From assembly GCA_907165135.1 (NCBI GenBank), contig OU015566.1, positions 8,804,001 through 8,868,000 of the forward strand: a DNA stretch of 64,000 nucleotides, written 5' to 3'. Each line of letters opens with the position of its first letter. The first letter of the stretch is position 1. Origin of the DNA: Oikopleura dioica (Eukaryota > Animalia > Chordata). Position numbers and translations under genes: made by a program. Below, piece by piece: positions 51,601 through 64,000 of the stretch. The notes beneath the pieces are model-generated. The model ran no database searches. It saw only the letters and a program-made list of their open reading frames with translations, and was not told the origin of the DNA.

Positions 51601-54600
51601 CGATTCAAAAGGTAACGGGATCAATTCTATTTGTATAATTAATTATTCAAGGCTATCCAACGACATCTCCAAAACCCAACTCCAGTGGCGGAGCTAACGG
51701 GCACTGAATCATCACAATCTGTTGTGAGAAGCGTTCAAGGGAACAAACAAACAACAACCACCAGCGCCGTGAAGACAACAACGAAGACAACCGTGGAGAC
51801 CCATCAGCAGCCAGTCACTGCCGATCAGCCTTCTGCTGTTCGAAGTAAGTACTCACCTGGATTCTTTATCCTTGAATATTTTATTTATTAAAATTTAGTT
51901 GGTATTCAATCTGGCCAGGAGACACCGCCGATTGACGAGAATTCCATCGCAGATGGTATCAACGACAAGACGGACTCCAATCATGATACTCCTCTATCTC
52001 TTGCTTGCCAAGGTAAAACCATGTTACAAAATTATTTTCTTACTTTGTTCTCTTAGGAGGACATACTGAACTCGTGCAGCTCCTTGTATCAAAAGGCGCT
52101 GAGCTGGAACATCGCGACAAGAAAGGCTTCACGCCTTTGATCCTCGCCGCTACTGGTGGATTTTCCGAAATCTGTGAGCTACTCATCGAAGCTGGAGCTG
52201 ATGTCGAGGCGCAATCCGATCGCACTAAAGATACTCCTCTCTCGCTTGCTTGCTCCGGTGGCAAGAAAGAGGTCGTCGAACTTCTTCTCGATCGCGGCGC
52301 CAAGAAAGAGCACCGAAACGTATCTGACTACACGCCACTTTCACTTGCTGCATCTGGCGGATACATCGAGATCATTAAGATTCTTCTCGACGCCGGTGCT
52401 GAAATTAACTCTCGAACCGCTTCGAAGCTTGGCATTTCTCCTCTCATGCTTGCAGCTATGAATGGGCACCTTGAAGCTGTCACACTTCTTCTCGACCGCG
52501 GAGCAGACATCAACGCACAGATCGAAACTAACAAGAATACAGCTCTTACACTTGCCTGTTTCCAGGGGCGTGCTGAAGTTGTCGAAAAACTTCTTGACCG
52601 ACGGGCTAACGTAGAACATAGAGCCAAGACTGGCCTCACACCACTGATGGAAGCCGCTTCAGGTGGGTATGTCGATGTCGGCCGAGTCCTCCTCGAAAAA
52701 GGAGCTGAGGTCAACGCTCTTCCTGTGCCAACATCTCGTGATACCGCCCTTACTATCGCTTCTGACAAGGGCCACAAGCTCTTTGTCGATTTACTCCTCA
52801 AGTACAACGCTCACGTTGACATCAAGAACAAAAAGGGAGACACCCCAATTTGGCTTGCGAGTCACTCTGGCCATCTGGATGTGGTTCAAAAGCTCATCGA
52901 GCACAAAGCTGATCCATCTCTTTGTGATACGCGAAATGTCTCTCCACTAATGGCTGCTTTCAAAAAGGGCCACTTTAAAGTGGTTAAATACCTTGTGAAG
53001 AAAGTGACCCAGTTTCCAAGTGATACTGAATGCTACAATTACATACAGAGCATTAAGGTAAGCAAATAACTATTTTGATTTTTGCTAACTTGAAACTTTA
53101 GGACAAAGACCAAGATCTCAAAATGAAATGCGCCAACTGTGTTGAGATAATCATTCAGGTAATATTTGCGAACCCATATTTTCTCTAAACCATCGTGATT
53201 TTGCCTAACTAAGAATTCTCGGGAATCCGAAAATCCAAAAGGGAAACGAGCCATTAAAATATTTTAATTTCGATATGACAAATTTCCCTTTCTCGACTCA
53301 TAAATTGTTTACCTATTCATGAAGTGAAAGACCTTGCATCAACTTAATTTAGGCGAAAGTAAAGCAAGAGAAGGAAGCTGAGAGACACGCACAAGAGCTG
53401 CTTGAGAAGATCGACCAAGAGCACATGGTTAACGAGACAAAGCGTAAGAAAAAGGAGAAGCAAAAGCATAAGAAAGCGGAAAAGATCAAAAAAGAGAAGG
53501 AGATCAAGGCTGAGGAAGAACAGAGAGCCTTGGAGGCCCTTGCCGCTTCAGCTCCAACAACTCCTCCAAAACCAGCTGAGCCAACTCCAGTTGTTGAGTC
53601 AACTCCACCATCGCCGCAGAAGACAAAGAACAGAAAACAAGCTCGACAGCCGCAGAAGGAGCCTGAGCCAGAGCCAAAAACTGATTCCTCTCCTAAGGTA
53701 GAAGCTCAAGTTGACCGCGTTCCTACCATTGAATCCAACGAGCCTGCTAAGCCCGCTGAGCCCGTACAGACTAAATCTGAGAAGAAGGGCAAGAAAGAAC
53801 GAAAAAAGCAGCAGCAAGCGGAGGCAGCTCAAGTGGATGGTGTCAAAGGCGCTGCCGTTGAGCAGCAGCCCGATGTGTGGAAGGATGTGAAGCCCGTTCG
53901 AAAGAAGGAGTTCCAGAAGATGAGCCTTGGTTCTAACTACATTGCCAGAGTTATTGGCAGAAGTGGTTGTAACGTGAATGCAATTCGCGATGTCACTGGC
54001 ACTCATATCGACATCGAAAAACCCAAGAAAGGCGGTGGAGATAGAACCATCACGATCCGAGGTACACCTGAACAGACATGCCTGGCGAAGAAACTAATGG
54101 ACGAGCTCATCAAGAATCCAGACATGGAGATCGATGACATCATCCACAAGTATATTCCAAATGCCAAGAGCCGCTCCCGAGAGCGAGTGAGCGAAGTAGA
54201 AGAGGAAGAGCCTGAGCCCAAGAGCCTCAACTTTGAGAAGATCCTCGCTGCTGTTCAACAAACCGAAAAGGATCAGCGAGAAAAGGAGAAGAAAGTGGAA
54301 GCCAGAAAGAAGAAACAAGCTGAGGAAGCGAAGGCACGGCAAGAAGCCCAACTGAAGGCTCAACAAGAGAAAGAAAAGCAACAAGCTCCGATAGTGCCCC
54401 AGGCACCTAAACCCGTTGCAGTCAGTACTTCTCTGCCTCCTACCCCAAGACCAAAGAAAGTTGTAGAACCTATCCCTCCTGCTGTTCCAAAGACTGTGTC
54501 AACTCCTGTCGAAGATGCTGTCTCCCAGCACTTGCGAAACCTGCGAAAGCGTGATGAAATGGAACGCAAGCGAACAAAGGATGATGACATGAAAATCAAG

Positions 54601-55822
54601 GTCGAAGTCGTCCAAAAACAGGTCGCCGACCTGGTCATCGACCCCATTCAAGTGCCGCTTCCACCTGCTGTGAGCGTCGCTCCTCTCTCTACATCCATGT
54701 CACATTCTCTGCCGGCTCCCGACTGGAGTGATGTTCAAAATCCAAATGTCGAGATCATCAACGGCCCGCGTACTCATCCTGGTCCCATCGGCCCCCCAAA
54801 ATCGCGACAAGATATTCCTGGATCGATTTCCCCTTACGCCAACCAACCAGTTCAGCCTCCGTCCAACTCCTTCCAGCCCTCCCAGCACTACCAGATGGAC
54901 TCGTCGTTTAGATCACCCGTGCAAGGCATGCCACAACAAGTGGTTCACTCACCTGGTCACGTTAATCGCCCACTCTTCCCAGATTCTGATGATCGCTTCG
55001 CCACAAAGCCGATCCAGCGCGTCCCGCCAATTATGGCTCCCCAGCCACAAGACGATTACCCTCTCCCGAAGACAAGTATCTCTTCAAAATGGGAACAAGA
55101 AGAGCACCACATCACCCCCTTCCATCATTCCTTTGGCCCCCTGGGCGGAGGCTTCCCCTCCGAGCCCTTCAATGAGAGCAGTCACTTCCGAGAACGCCCC
55201 AATCCTCAAGTTCAACCTCCAGATTTCCCAAGACATCCTAACCTGCCCCTCTTCGACGCCCCATTCGAGCGACGGAACCCTGGTGCAACTGGAGCGATTG
55301 GAGAAGGTCGACCAAGCTCCTCGTTCCGACCAGTAAGACATCATGCGCTATTTCAGTTATAAATACATTCTTAGGCTTCCAACATGCCCGACTTCATTTC
55401 TCACTCGAATATAACCCGCCCCATGCAAAAGCATGACTGGGATCCCCCACCAAGACGTAAGGAGAGATTGTAGATTCACAATTTATCATAGTTTTAGTAA
55501 TGCCTTCAAGTGATTTGGGTGGGTTCCAAGCACCACGATGGAGCCAACCAACAAGCCAGCCATCCCATCCAAACCTATCACTTGGCTCGTCCAGCTACAT
55601 GCCAAGCAGCGGAGCAGGTGACCCAGCTCTTCAGCTGCGACAGGACTACATGAGTTCCCATCAACGTCAGTATAGATAACACTTTCTCGAATAACGAATT
55701 ACTCAGAAATGCGAATGGATGGTCCCTCTCTGCTGGACAGAAATGGTTACTCCTACCATGGATTCCAAACCAATCCAACCTCGCAATCCGCTTATAATCA
55801 CCAACAGCATTGGAACAATTAA
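48667..55822 (+). CDS. ANKHD1: Multiple ankyrin repeats + single KH domain (MASK/ANKHD1/ANKRD17); possible upstream exons from 48072
   Basis: Two ankyrin blocks (EFKESALTLACYKG, KTDEMHTALMEASMDGH; NVSDYTPLSLAASGGY, SKLGISPLMLAAMNGH), a Lys-rich coiled coil and a KH domain IARVIGRSGCNVNAIRDVTGTHIDIEK. Confidence 0.94.
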
Positions 55823-56317
55823 CATTTAGTCCAACTCATTCATTACTTACGTGCTATTCCTCATTTAATTATGAATAGACGCTGCTTGATAACAACAACA
55901 ATGACCCATTGAAATTTCATTTACTTGTCCAAATATATTATATCTAATGCAGACATTCACATTTTTGCTCTTGAAAAACTCTTTTCAATTGCTAAAATGA
56001 CTATTGATCATTCCTGCAGGTACATGATAAGGCATCCCAAATAGATTCAAAAGAATAGAATCGATTTTCGCAGGAGGCTTGGTGAACTTTTTCATGTTTT
56101 TTGTTGGAACAGAGATGAATTTGTTAGTGAAGAGCTGGATTTGCAAAAAAATATGTATAGAAAAAAGAAAAAGTTGAATAAGAAGAATTGAAATTGCAGA
56201 AAGATGTTGAAATTTTTATGGCGACAGATCGAAGTTCTGATACAAGTATTGTATTTTTGGCCGAGCGAATCAGCCGATGAATAGAAAATAGGGGAGCTCA
56301 ATTGAAGGGAAAAGGGT

Positions 56318-57751
56318 TTAGGAGTCAACGGTGTGAATCATCGGAGGAAGGTCGGACTCTTCGGAGCTGATTTCAGGCACGCGTGGAAGGCATAACTAAA
56401 AGTTGGTTAGTCTTCGTCGCAAAAGAATCAGGGTACCTTATGTTGCTTGATAAGATTACATTCGCCACCGGATGGGTCAATCTCGTAAACATACAGGTAT
56501 CCATCGGAACAGGCGACGAAAAGATAGATTTTTCTTCCAATTTCATGGATAGTACTAAAATGACTCGAATGCAATTCTTGCACCAAACCAAACCTTATGT
56601 TTTTGAGTCCACAAGAGTGCAACTTCGCCGTAGCAAAGTCTCTTCCTTGTTGAAGAACCTCACTCACGCCAGAAGGAAGATAACTAGCCGCAGACTGGAG
56701 ACCTCTAGTAAGGTAACTCCCCCAGTCATTTTGCGGCTCTTCATTTGAAGTCTAGCAGAGAAGGGTAAGATGGTTAATATCGAAGAGGTTTACCTGTTCT
56801 TGGACATTAGTGAGCTTAAAAATATGAATTGTCTGGGTGTTCGAGCTAACTGATAAGAAATTGGCCTCAGGAGAAAAGTTCAGGGATGAAATTGTTGCAC
56901 AGCGGGCGACACCACGTCGGAATTCGAAAAGTCTTTTGCCTTCTGGGATCGAGAAAACTCGGATGACAGTTCCTTTTTCGGATGCAGTGGCGACTTTTTT
57001 ACCCGTTCGATCCATTGCGACAGCAGCTTATTATGGAAAAAAATTCAAATGGCAAGACAAGTTCTTGAGTACCTATTGGATTGTCATGGGCTGTAAGAGA
57101 CGTAACTGCTCGTAGATCAACAGTGTCGAAGATGTTTAATTCTCCGACGTGAGTTGCACCAGGATAAGCTTTTTGAAAAGATCAAAAGAAAGCCTATGGG
57201 AATGAAATTACCTAGATAACCACAGGTGTCGTCGGCGTCCGTTGCTGCAAGAGCACAGACGCCTCTTGGATTCGGTGGTGTTTCTCGGATTGTGTGCAGG
57301 ATTGACATATCGCGGATGTTGTGAATATACAGACTTTCTTTAGAAATAGTTTTACTCCGAGAATACTCGGTTTCTGATTACCTTCAAGTGTAACGACTAA
57401 TCTAGATCGGTTCATCTTAACAGCAAGTACAGCAGATGGATAAGTATGTTGGAGGATGAGAGACCCCTTTCGAAAATGATAGACACGGATCTTTCTGGCA
57501 TTCGTCTGTGAAACCGTAACGACGAGAGATGAATTGAAAAGGCGCTCGACAAGAATAACATCTTGTGCTGACTGGTCAAAGTGTTCCTGGAAGATTTTAT
57601 GAGGGGAAAAGAAATAGAGACTTACATCAAGCTTCTCTGTTCCATTAGCAAGGCCATACAAGTAAAATCCTGCTTTAGATCCAGCCGATAAACTCGACCC
57701 ATCTTGGTTGAAATTCATCCACATAATGTCGCTTTCTCCCTCACAATTCAT
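56318..57751 (-). CDS. WIPI2: WIPI1/2 (Atg18) PI3P-binding beta-propeller
   Basis: [47 protein letters not shown] and [14 protein letters not shown]...FEFRRG (FRRG motif). Confidence 0.92.
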
Positions 57752-57868
57752 CTTGTCCGAAATCTGAAAATACTTGAGCTTAGTCTCTATTTTTTATGAA
57801 AGATAAAGTGTGAATTAGGTAATTATAAAAATAGAACTCTGCCCAGATTGAAATCTCAAAATCGAAAA

Positions 57869-58559
57869 TCATGCTGTTATGAATGTTGATTGCTTCTTCA
57901 TCCTTCTTATTTGCCGCTGGATATCCACTAAATCTGATTAATTGTAATTCTAGGATAAAATTTAAACCTTTATTTGAGAAGAAGATCTTTTTGAATCCAA
58001 TCTCGAGGCCTAATAAACGGACGTTTTCATCAATGGTGATTCCATTTTGCTCACACATCTTCTCCCACAGCTCATTTGAGGCACAGAGTTTTGCATACTC
58101 CTTGTTCAGAAGTCCCATCTTCGGTAGTTCCTCTAAGGGTAGCCTTGTCAAAAGCGCAATCTTTGCTTCTTTAGGGAGTCGATTGAGGAAATCAATGTTC
58201 CCCTTGGCGCGTTCGCGGACGATCTCCAGCGTTGACTCTCCGAAAAAATCGACAATTTTGTTCTCAAGATCGCCATAATTTAAAAAATCGGACATGCTGG
58301 CTTTATGTGTTTTGTTCATTGATCCGGCCATTTGAGGATGTCGTAGGCTCGCGGCGCAGATTCGTATGTGATGGATCACTGAATGAATTAAGATGAAACC
58401 CTACACAGTCGTTATTGGCGAGGCACGAGATATCAAGGAGCAAAACAGCAATTTCATACCGATTTCATTCTGCGTTACATTCAGCGTTACATAATCTTTC
58501 AGCGGTGGCGGGAGCTGCTTTTGTTCTGTGTACAATAATTTTGGCGAATGAAAAGACAT
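57869..58559 (-). CDS. FBXO36: F-box only protein 36-like
   Basis: PPPLKDYVTLNVTQ, IVDFFGESTLEIV...GNIDFLNRLPKEAKIALLTRLPLEEL...LCASNELWEK (F-box) and KKIFFSNK|DLVDIQRQIRR. Confidence 0.8.
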
Positions 58560-58762
58560 GTGAGGTAGTCTCTAAAATATTGCTGTTTAATTTTAATCAA
58601 CGTTTTGCACCAGACAGGCCGTCTCAGACCACCAAAACAAGGAAAAAGTCTTTTGAAGCTTGAATTTTTGCAAAGTTTTATTGAAAGGGAATATTTATAA
58701 GCTGGTTAGAGTTGAATAGAATGGAACAGTTGGAGACAATGACGGATTGAATAGGGGTTGGA

Positions 58763-60390
58763 TTAGTCAAGCGGGGTTTGATCTCCGTCGAACTCGCTGA
58801 AATGAAAAATTGTAAGGAAAATCTCATAAAAGGTTGCTTACCTAAAGCTCTCAGAAGCAGAATCGTCTATTTCATTGATAAGGCAACGTTGGTCTTCAGC
58901 AAATCTGATCTTTTCGACATAAACAAAATGGGCACATATGGCAAAAACGAAGCCAACAACGCCGATGGCAGAAGATAGAAGCCACCAAAGCCAGCTTGTG
59001 TCTACAGGGAACTCGTGGTAAAGATAAGAGTAGAGAAGGCCACCAGCGGTTATGCAGTTTGCTACAGAATTGGGCTAAAAATCACAGGAGAAACAAAAAT
59101 CTTACCTTCCAAAGCAGCTAAGAAAGCAAAAACAGCACCATGATTATGTTTTTCTGTATTCATAGCGAGCAAGTTTCTGATGACGGGGATGTAGCTTCCG
59201 GTTAGCACGTTGAAACCGAGAGTGCACATAATCATAACGGTCGTAGTAGCTTTCCCGAACATGATGTTGCTCCCGATGTTCATCAATAATGAGAGGTAGA
59301 TAATGGTGAAGTGTGAAATTCCAAAGTGGCGGAAAACGCCAGGTAAAATAAAGGATAAAATACCCTAAAAACATCTTTAATTTCAATCACTTGAGTATTT
59401 CTTTTACCAGAAGGCTTGAAGCAGAAATATACATCGATAATTGTTCAGGATCCCATGCAAATGGAGCCGATTGAAGATATAGATTCGTAATCGAGCTCGT
59501 ACCAAAAGAAACGAGCTTGTCCAGAGCAGGAACAAGAACTATTGACCAGAGGAACTTGTTTAAATGTGAACGTCGGAACCAGATTTCTTTGATGTCAGTA
59601 AAGCACTTCTTTAGCTTGTCAAAAGCAGCGATTTCTGGAGGTAAGACATTTTCTTTCATTCCGAAAATTGCGAGGAGGACGGGAACTGCCATGACACCGA
59701 TGCCGACGGCTGTGACCATCCAGTAATTTTCCGTGGGGAGGGTATTTATTAGATAACCAATTCCAGTGACAGTAAGTCCTGCAATGGAAATTCCGACATC
59801 AGCAGCAACTAAATATTATTTTTCATCGTTACTTTTGTAATAAACTTACCAATGTACCAGAATCGTTTCTCATCAGGACTGTAGCTTGTCACTGTTGCAA
59901 AAGTCACCCCAAGCATAACACTGTACCCACCAACAAGATTCCATATAGTACTAGGAATCAAGAAGAAGAATGGATGAAGATGATAGTAGGTTATGAAAGT
60001 TGTGACTACTATTGAAACGAAGTATCCAATCTTATTAGCAACCAGAACTTTCTTTCGTCCGATGACATCGCTGACAGTTCCAATGATAGTTCCTATCATG
60101 CCAGTGCCGAAGCTGCACATGGCGTTGTACTCGCCATATCGCGCGAGGACTAGCAGGGTAACATGAATGAAAGCAAACTTCAAAGTGAAAATACCTTGAA
60201 CAACATCTTTTGTATATACATCGCACTCCGGCAAGGTCGCATTTGCAGAGCAAGTTACAGAAATATTCGATGGCAAACCAGCATCGCTAATGAGCCAGTA
60301 GAAAGAGTATTCGGACTGGATAAATCCGCCACAAAAGACGAGTGCGAAAACAACGAAGAGATTAAAGATCGCAACGTGGACGATATTCAT
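58763..60390 (-). CDS. MFS transporter, SLC46 (PCFT/SLC46A3)-like
   Basis: Multiple TM segments, MFS motif GTVSDVIGRKKVL, LVGGYSVMLGVTFATVTSYSPDEKRFW and LYLQSAPFAWDPEQLSMY. Confidence 0.75.
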
Positions 60391-60480
60391 CACATCATTT
60401 CATTCTGAAGGAGTTACTAAGAATCTGACCGTAGATTGTAGCGTGGCAGTGCTTTATACAAATAGATAGAAGAGATTGAA

Positions 60481-62382
60481 CTATTTTCGTTTTTTAGCTT
60501 TTTGGGTTTGCTGTTTAATTTGACTAAATTTTTCTCTATCAAGGCTTCTCATCATGAAAAAAATAAAATATAATAATTTCAATAGATATGAACGTCTAAA
60601 GCCTTTCCTACAGGCATTCACCATCTCTCTCATTTGTCCAGGCTCGCTTCTCTCCCGGTAATCGTCCTCCATCACGTCGAGTTTGTTCTCGAATTCTTTG
60701 ATATTGTTCATCATTCGTTCAAGCTTCTCTTCCAACTATAAAACAAAAACGCTAAAATCAAATCTTGTCTCTAAGACGGACCTCTGGTTTATATGGAAAA
60801 CAACTCCAAAACTGTCGTATGATCTCTTTCAACAGCTCTAGCGCATCAACGAGATCATCTGGCGGAAGCTCTGTCGAAAACTCCGACTTATTTGCGCGGC
60901 GCTGTTCCTGCATCAAGGTCAGAAGAACTTTAGGGAACCTAGAAAACAGTCTTTATCGCCAAAATAAGGTCGGGTAGACATTACTCATTTTGGGCATTTC
61001 GTATTGTGTTGTGAATGTCTGACTTGTAATCGTCAGTTGATCGTTGAAAATGTTTGAGGCAGCTTCTTCGCTGAAAGTTTTATGATCATATGACAAATGT
61101 TATTTACGAGTGATGGCTACCTGTCGCTCATCCATTCGATTGAGCGTCGATTTCTTATCGTCATCAGCGCCCCAGTTGAAGAAGCTATCTTTGTCGACAA
61201 TTGTACAGGGAACCGCGGTGGTTTCAGATTGCTTGACTAAATCAACATTTTCAGATAGGTGGGCTCGGACGTCGTCGGCCATTCGTTTCGCGGGGACACC
61301 ATTGGTAACTTCGGATGCTTCTCGTCTGAAAGAAATAAATGGAAAGTTAAGAAGGGCAGGTTACTTTTGGCAAGATTGAAGGACTTGAGTAGCGTGGTTA
61401 TTAATCCTCTTCACTAACAACTTCTTCGCCTCCTTTTTGCTGAGTGCAGCTTTTTGCTTCTTATCATTAAGCTTTTGCGTGATTTCGTTTTCCGCGTACT
61501 CGTTCATATAATCCATGTCAAAGATCCTCTCCAAGTTGACCAGTGAATTGCGAGCTTGATTACTGAGCTCCTTATCTTCCAGCGAGTCACAATTTGCGAA
61601 AATAGAAGTTTCATTCTCTCCAACCAGTTTTTCTCTGTGGAAGTATTGCGATTGGAAAAACTATACTGGAGGTTCGTGAAAGTGATAAAAAGAAGACGAT
61701 AAAAGTGCAGATCAATCAAATTCGCAATTTTGACCTTTTCCTGAGTCCAAAAGTCTTTCTCCGACAACTCTGCTGGGCAAACTTCTAAGTATCTCTTTTT
61801 CACCGCCGGATAAGTTCTGAAAATGACCTTGACGATTTCTGGCGTCAAGTTGTATCTGATAGAGTTCGTTCCATCCGACTGTGGCTTTACTTCTGAAAGG
61901 AAATCAGCTGTGATGCCAATATCTTGCTCGTGGCTTGAATCGAGCATATGCGCCCTTGAGCTCCAGAATTCTTCGGCAGTCACTTGTCCAGTTGTGACGA
62001 GCTGTTTATATAATTTGACGAGGTTGGGGTTGTTTTGAAGCACTCTCTTCCGCTCCTCAAGGTTTTTGTCGACCTTCTTCGCCAAAACTTTTCCCATGAG
62101 CTTTCCAAGGTGCGTCTTGACCTTGTTTCTGGACGCTTTCGGATCATCATCGGCAAAATGAAAAGTCAACGCGCGGCCATCGGTCAATTCTAGCTGAATT
62201 TGAACCTTTGACTTTCCCTCGGGAGATATTTTCTGTCTTTTGACTTTTTGAATTTCGACGAGGACGACTTCGCCTATCATATCTGGCGACCATTTCAAAT
62301 GTGTCATGCTGAGTTCGATCGTCCCCGGCTGTTTCTGATGGTTAACCTGTGGCAGCGTGATTTGCACATCGCCAGCCGACAT
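60481..62382 (-). CDS. GTF2H1: TFIIH p62 subunit
   Basis: N-terminal PH domain (QKISPEGKSKVQIQL) and BSD domains (LQNNPNLVKLYKQLV...AEEFWS; YNLTPEIVKVIFRTYPAVKKRY...SEKDFWTQ|FFQSQYFHRE). Confidence 0.93.
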
Positions 62383-62519
62383 TCTATATCGTAAAATACA
62401 GAAGATAGATTTAAGGAATGGGTTTTATTATTTCATAAATGATATTGAAGGCTACAATTTGAAGCTACAAAAGTGAGATGTGAAATGACAGTGAAACAAG
62501 TTCGTCGAGATTTTTTGCA

Positions 62520-63968
62520 CTAGCCCCAGTCAGAAGAGCCACCAGCCTTTTTCTCCTTGCCCGCAACTTTATCCTGCTTTGCGTAAACTCCCTTTGAGCG
62601 AATTTTCGAGATGTAATCGTCTGGATCCGGCACCTCTTCTTGCGCAGGCGCCTCTTCTACTGGAGCTGGAACAGGCACTGGCATGGACAGATCTTCCATG
62701 ACACGGAATGTTCCAACTTGCGGTCCTTGAAGTTGGGCAGGGGAGAGAATATCGTGTCGGTCGCAAATTGTTTTTCGCCGATCCGCAATATGGGCTTTGA
62801 TTATTTCGGCGTATATTTTTCTATCCAGCAGTTCGTATGCCATCGGTAATACCTTCAATATCATCTTATGAAAATACTTCGATCCATGGGAAAAGAGCGA
62901 AATCCCGAATTCAAGGCCCATTCCAAAATCGCACTCATCGTTTGCCAAATTAACGCGCTGCATAATCTCCTGTAGTGGCGCAAATTTCTTGAGGCGAACA
63001 GCATCATTTGGAGCTTTTTCAATCTGGTCGCAGATTGATCGCAACTCCGCGTCTTCGACTTCTAGCGGCCGGTAGCCAATTTCGTTCCCCTTCGCATCTT
63101 CGACGACTGGAACGCAGATGCCAACTGAAAATGATAAGAATTAATGAATGAAAAGGCCTTCTTACTTGTATTCAATGTTCTAGCGTTGCAGCGGGTCTCT
63201 CTTTCTCGCAACTCGTAGGTTACTCTTTCGATGATAATATTCCACTTGATGGCAATATCGGTAACTGTCGCGAAGCATTTACGTGTGTGAAGATTAGATG
63301 ACCCGATTCTTCGATAAAGCCAGAGCTTGACAGCAGCGAGTAAATTCGGTCCAACTGCGTAAAGTCGACCTTCATCTTGGTTGTTCATAGCGACAAAAGG
63401 CGGCAATTCCATCGGTCTTAAAATGTTGTTGAATTAGTGTCAGAAGTTCTGACTCTGAACATGTAACTACTAACTCATCTCTCCAGTAACCCAGTGATGA
63501 TTTGTCTTTCACATTCATGAGGCAGACTTGAAATTCCGGAGGAGCAAAGTAGAAGCGATTTTTCATGTGTCGATGGATCATATTCGCCGCTGGGGGACTG
63601 TAGCCTTTCGCCTGCATCATTTTGTGCCACTCTTCGAAGGGACCGGTCATGACCATACCGAGTTTTGTCATGCAATGAAGTGGATCCTAGAAATTTTTTG
63701 TCTATTTCAATTCATCTGTAGATCTTTCTTTCCGTACCATTGGATCGCATTCAACAGCAAATTCATAAAGAGCAAAAAAGCAAGCAGGGAATCGCAAGCC
63801 ATACGCGTTCTCTAACTCGGCGTGTCGGACATGGTGATATCTTCTCTTGCGCGTCGGGTCTTTCGGCCGCATCATCATATTTTTATACTCCGAGTAAGTG
63901 AGTCCGCAGTCGTCGTTGCAGCCTGGTGCTTTTCGTTTCTTTTCAATGATGGCTTTTCCTTGAAGCAT
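62520..63968 (-). CDS. HPF1: Histone PARylation factor 1; 5' end may lie beyond the window
   Basis: RFYFAPPEFQ, IGYRPL and VNLANDECDFGMGLEFGISLFSHGSKYFHK...LPMAYELLDRKIYAEIIKAH, with the catalytic NDE Glu retained. Confidence 0.9.
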
Positions 63969-64000
63969 AGAAACAGGCCCTTCGGAAGGGATAGATTGGT

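Larger units (their letters stand above)
56318..63968 (-). other. Candidate trans-spliced operon HPF1-GTF2H1-SLC46-FBXO36-WIPI
   Basis: Five co-directional genes with stop-to-ATG gaps of 137, 90, 203 and 117 nt. Each downstream ATG is preceded 1-14 nt by an unpaired pyrimidine-rich AG acceptor. Confidence 0.65.

Noticed and set aside
1-64000. rRNA, tRNA, snoRNA, CRISPR arrays, autonomous transposon ORFs
   Set aside because: No cloverleaf, rRNA-like, C/D-box pair, spacer array, transposase or RT motif was seen by eye. An Infernal/tRNAscan run is needed to exclude small RNAs.

Overview
Very compact eukaryotic (animal, chordate-like) genomic DNA: about 23 protein-coding genes in 64 kb, mostly 40-100 nt introns, many GA/GG/GC-AG introns and unpaired AG acceptors just before start codons. 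This pattern best fits the larvacean tunicate Oikopleura (inference). Recognisable genes: WD40/U-box protein, PLC-beta, Rab-GDI, PABPN1, Gsx homeobox, an astacin-like mosaic protease, two tandem M16 (insulysin-like) peptidases, a pannexin/innexin-like channel, JADE, a C2H2 zinc-finger protein, FARSB, BTF3, ANKHD1/MASK, WIPI, FBXO36, an SLC46-like MFS transporter, GTF2H1 and HPF1. There are also two orphan secreted proteins. Most notable observations: (1) the M16 paralogs differ by two GA-AG introns, one bounded by an 8-nt direct repeat; (2) a MITE with TIRs and a TSD sits in one paralog only; (3) a zinc-finger stop codon abuts the JADE start codon (TAAATG); (4) there is a candidate five-gene trans-spliced operon; (5) K50 homeodomain sites cluster upstream of Gsx. 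No rRNA, tRNA or CRISPR was seen. All exon structures were assembled by eye, without alignments or RNA data.
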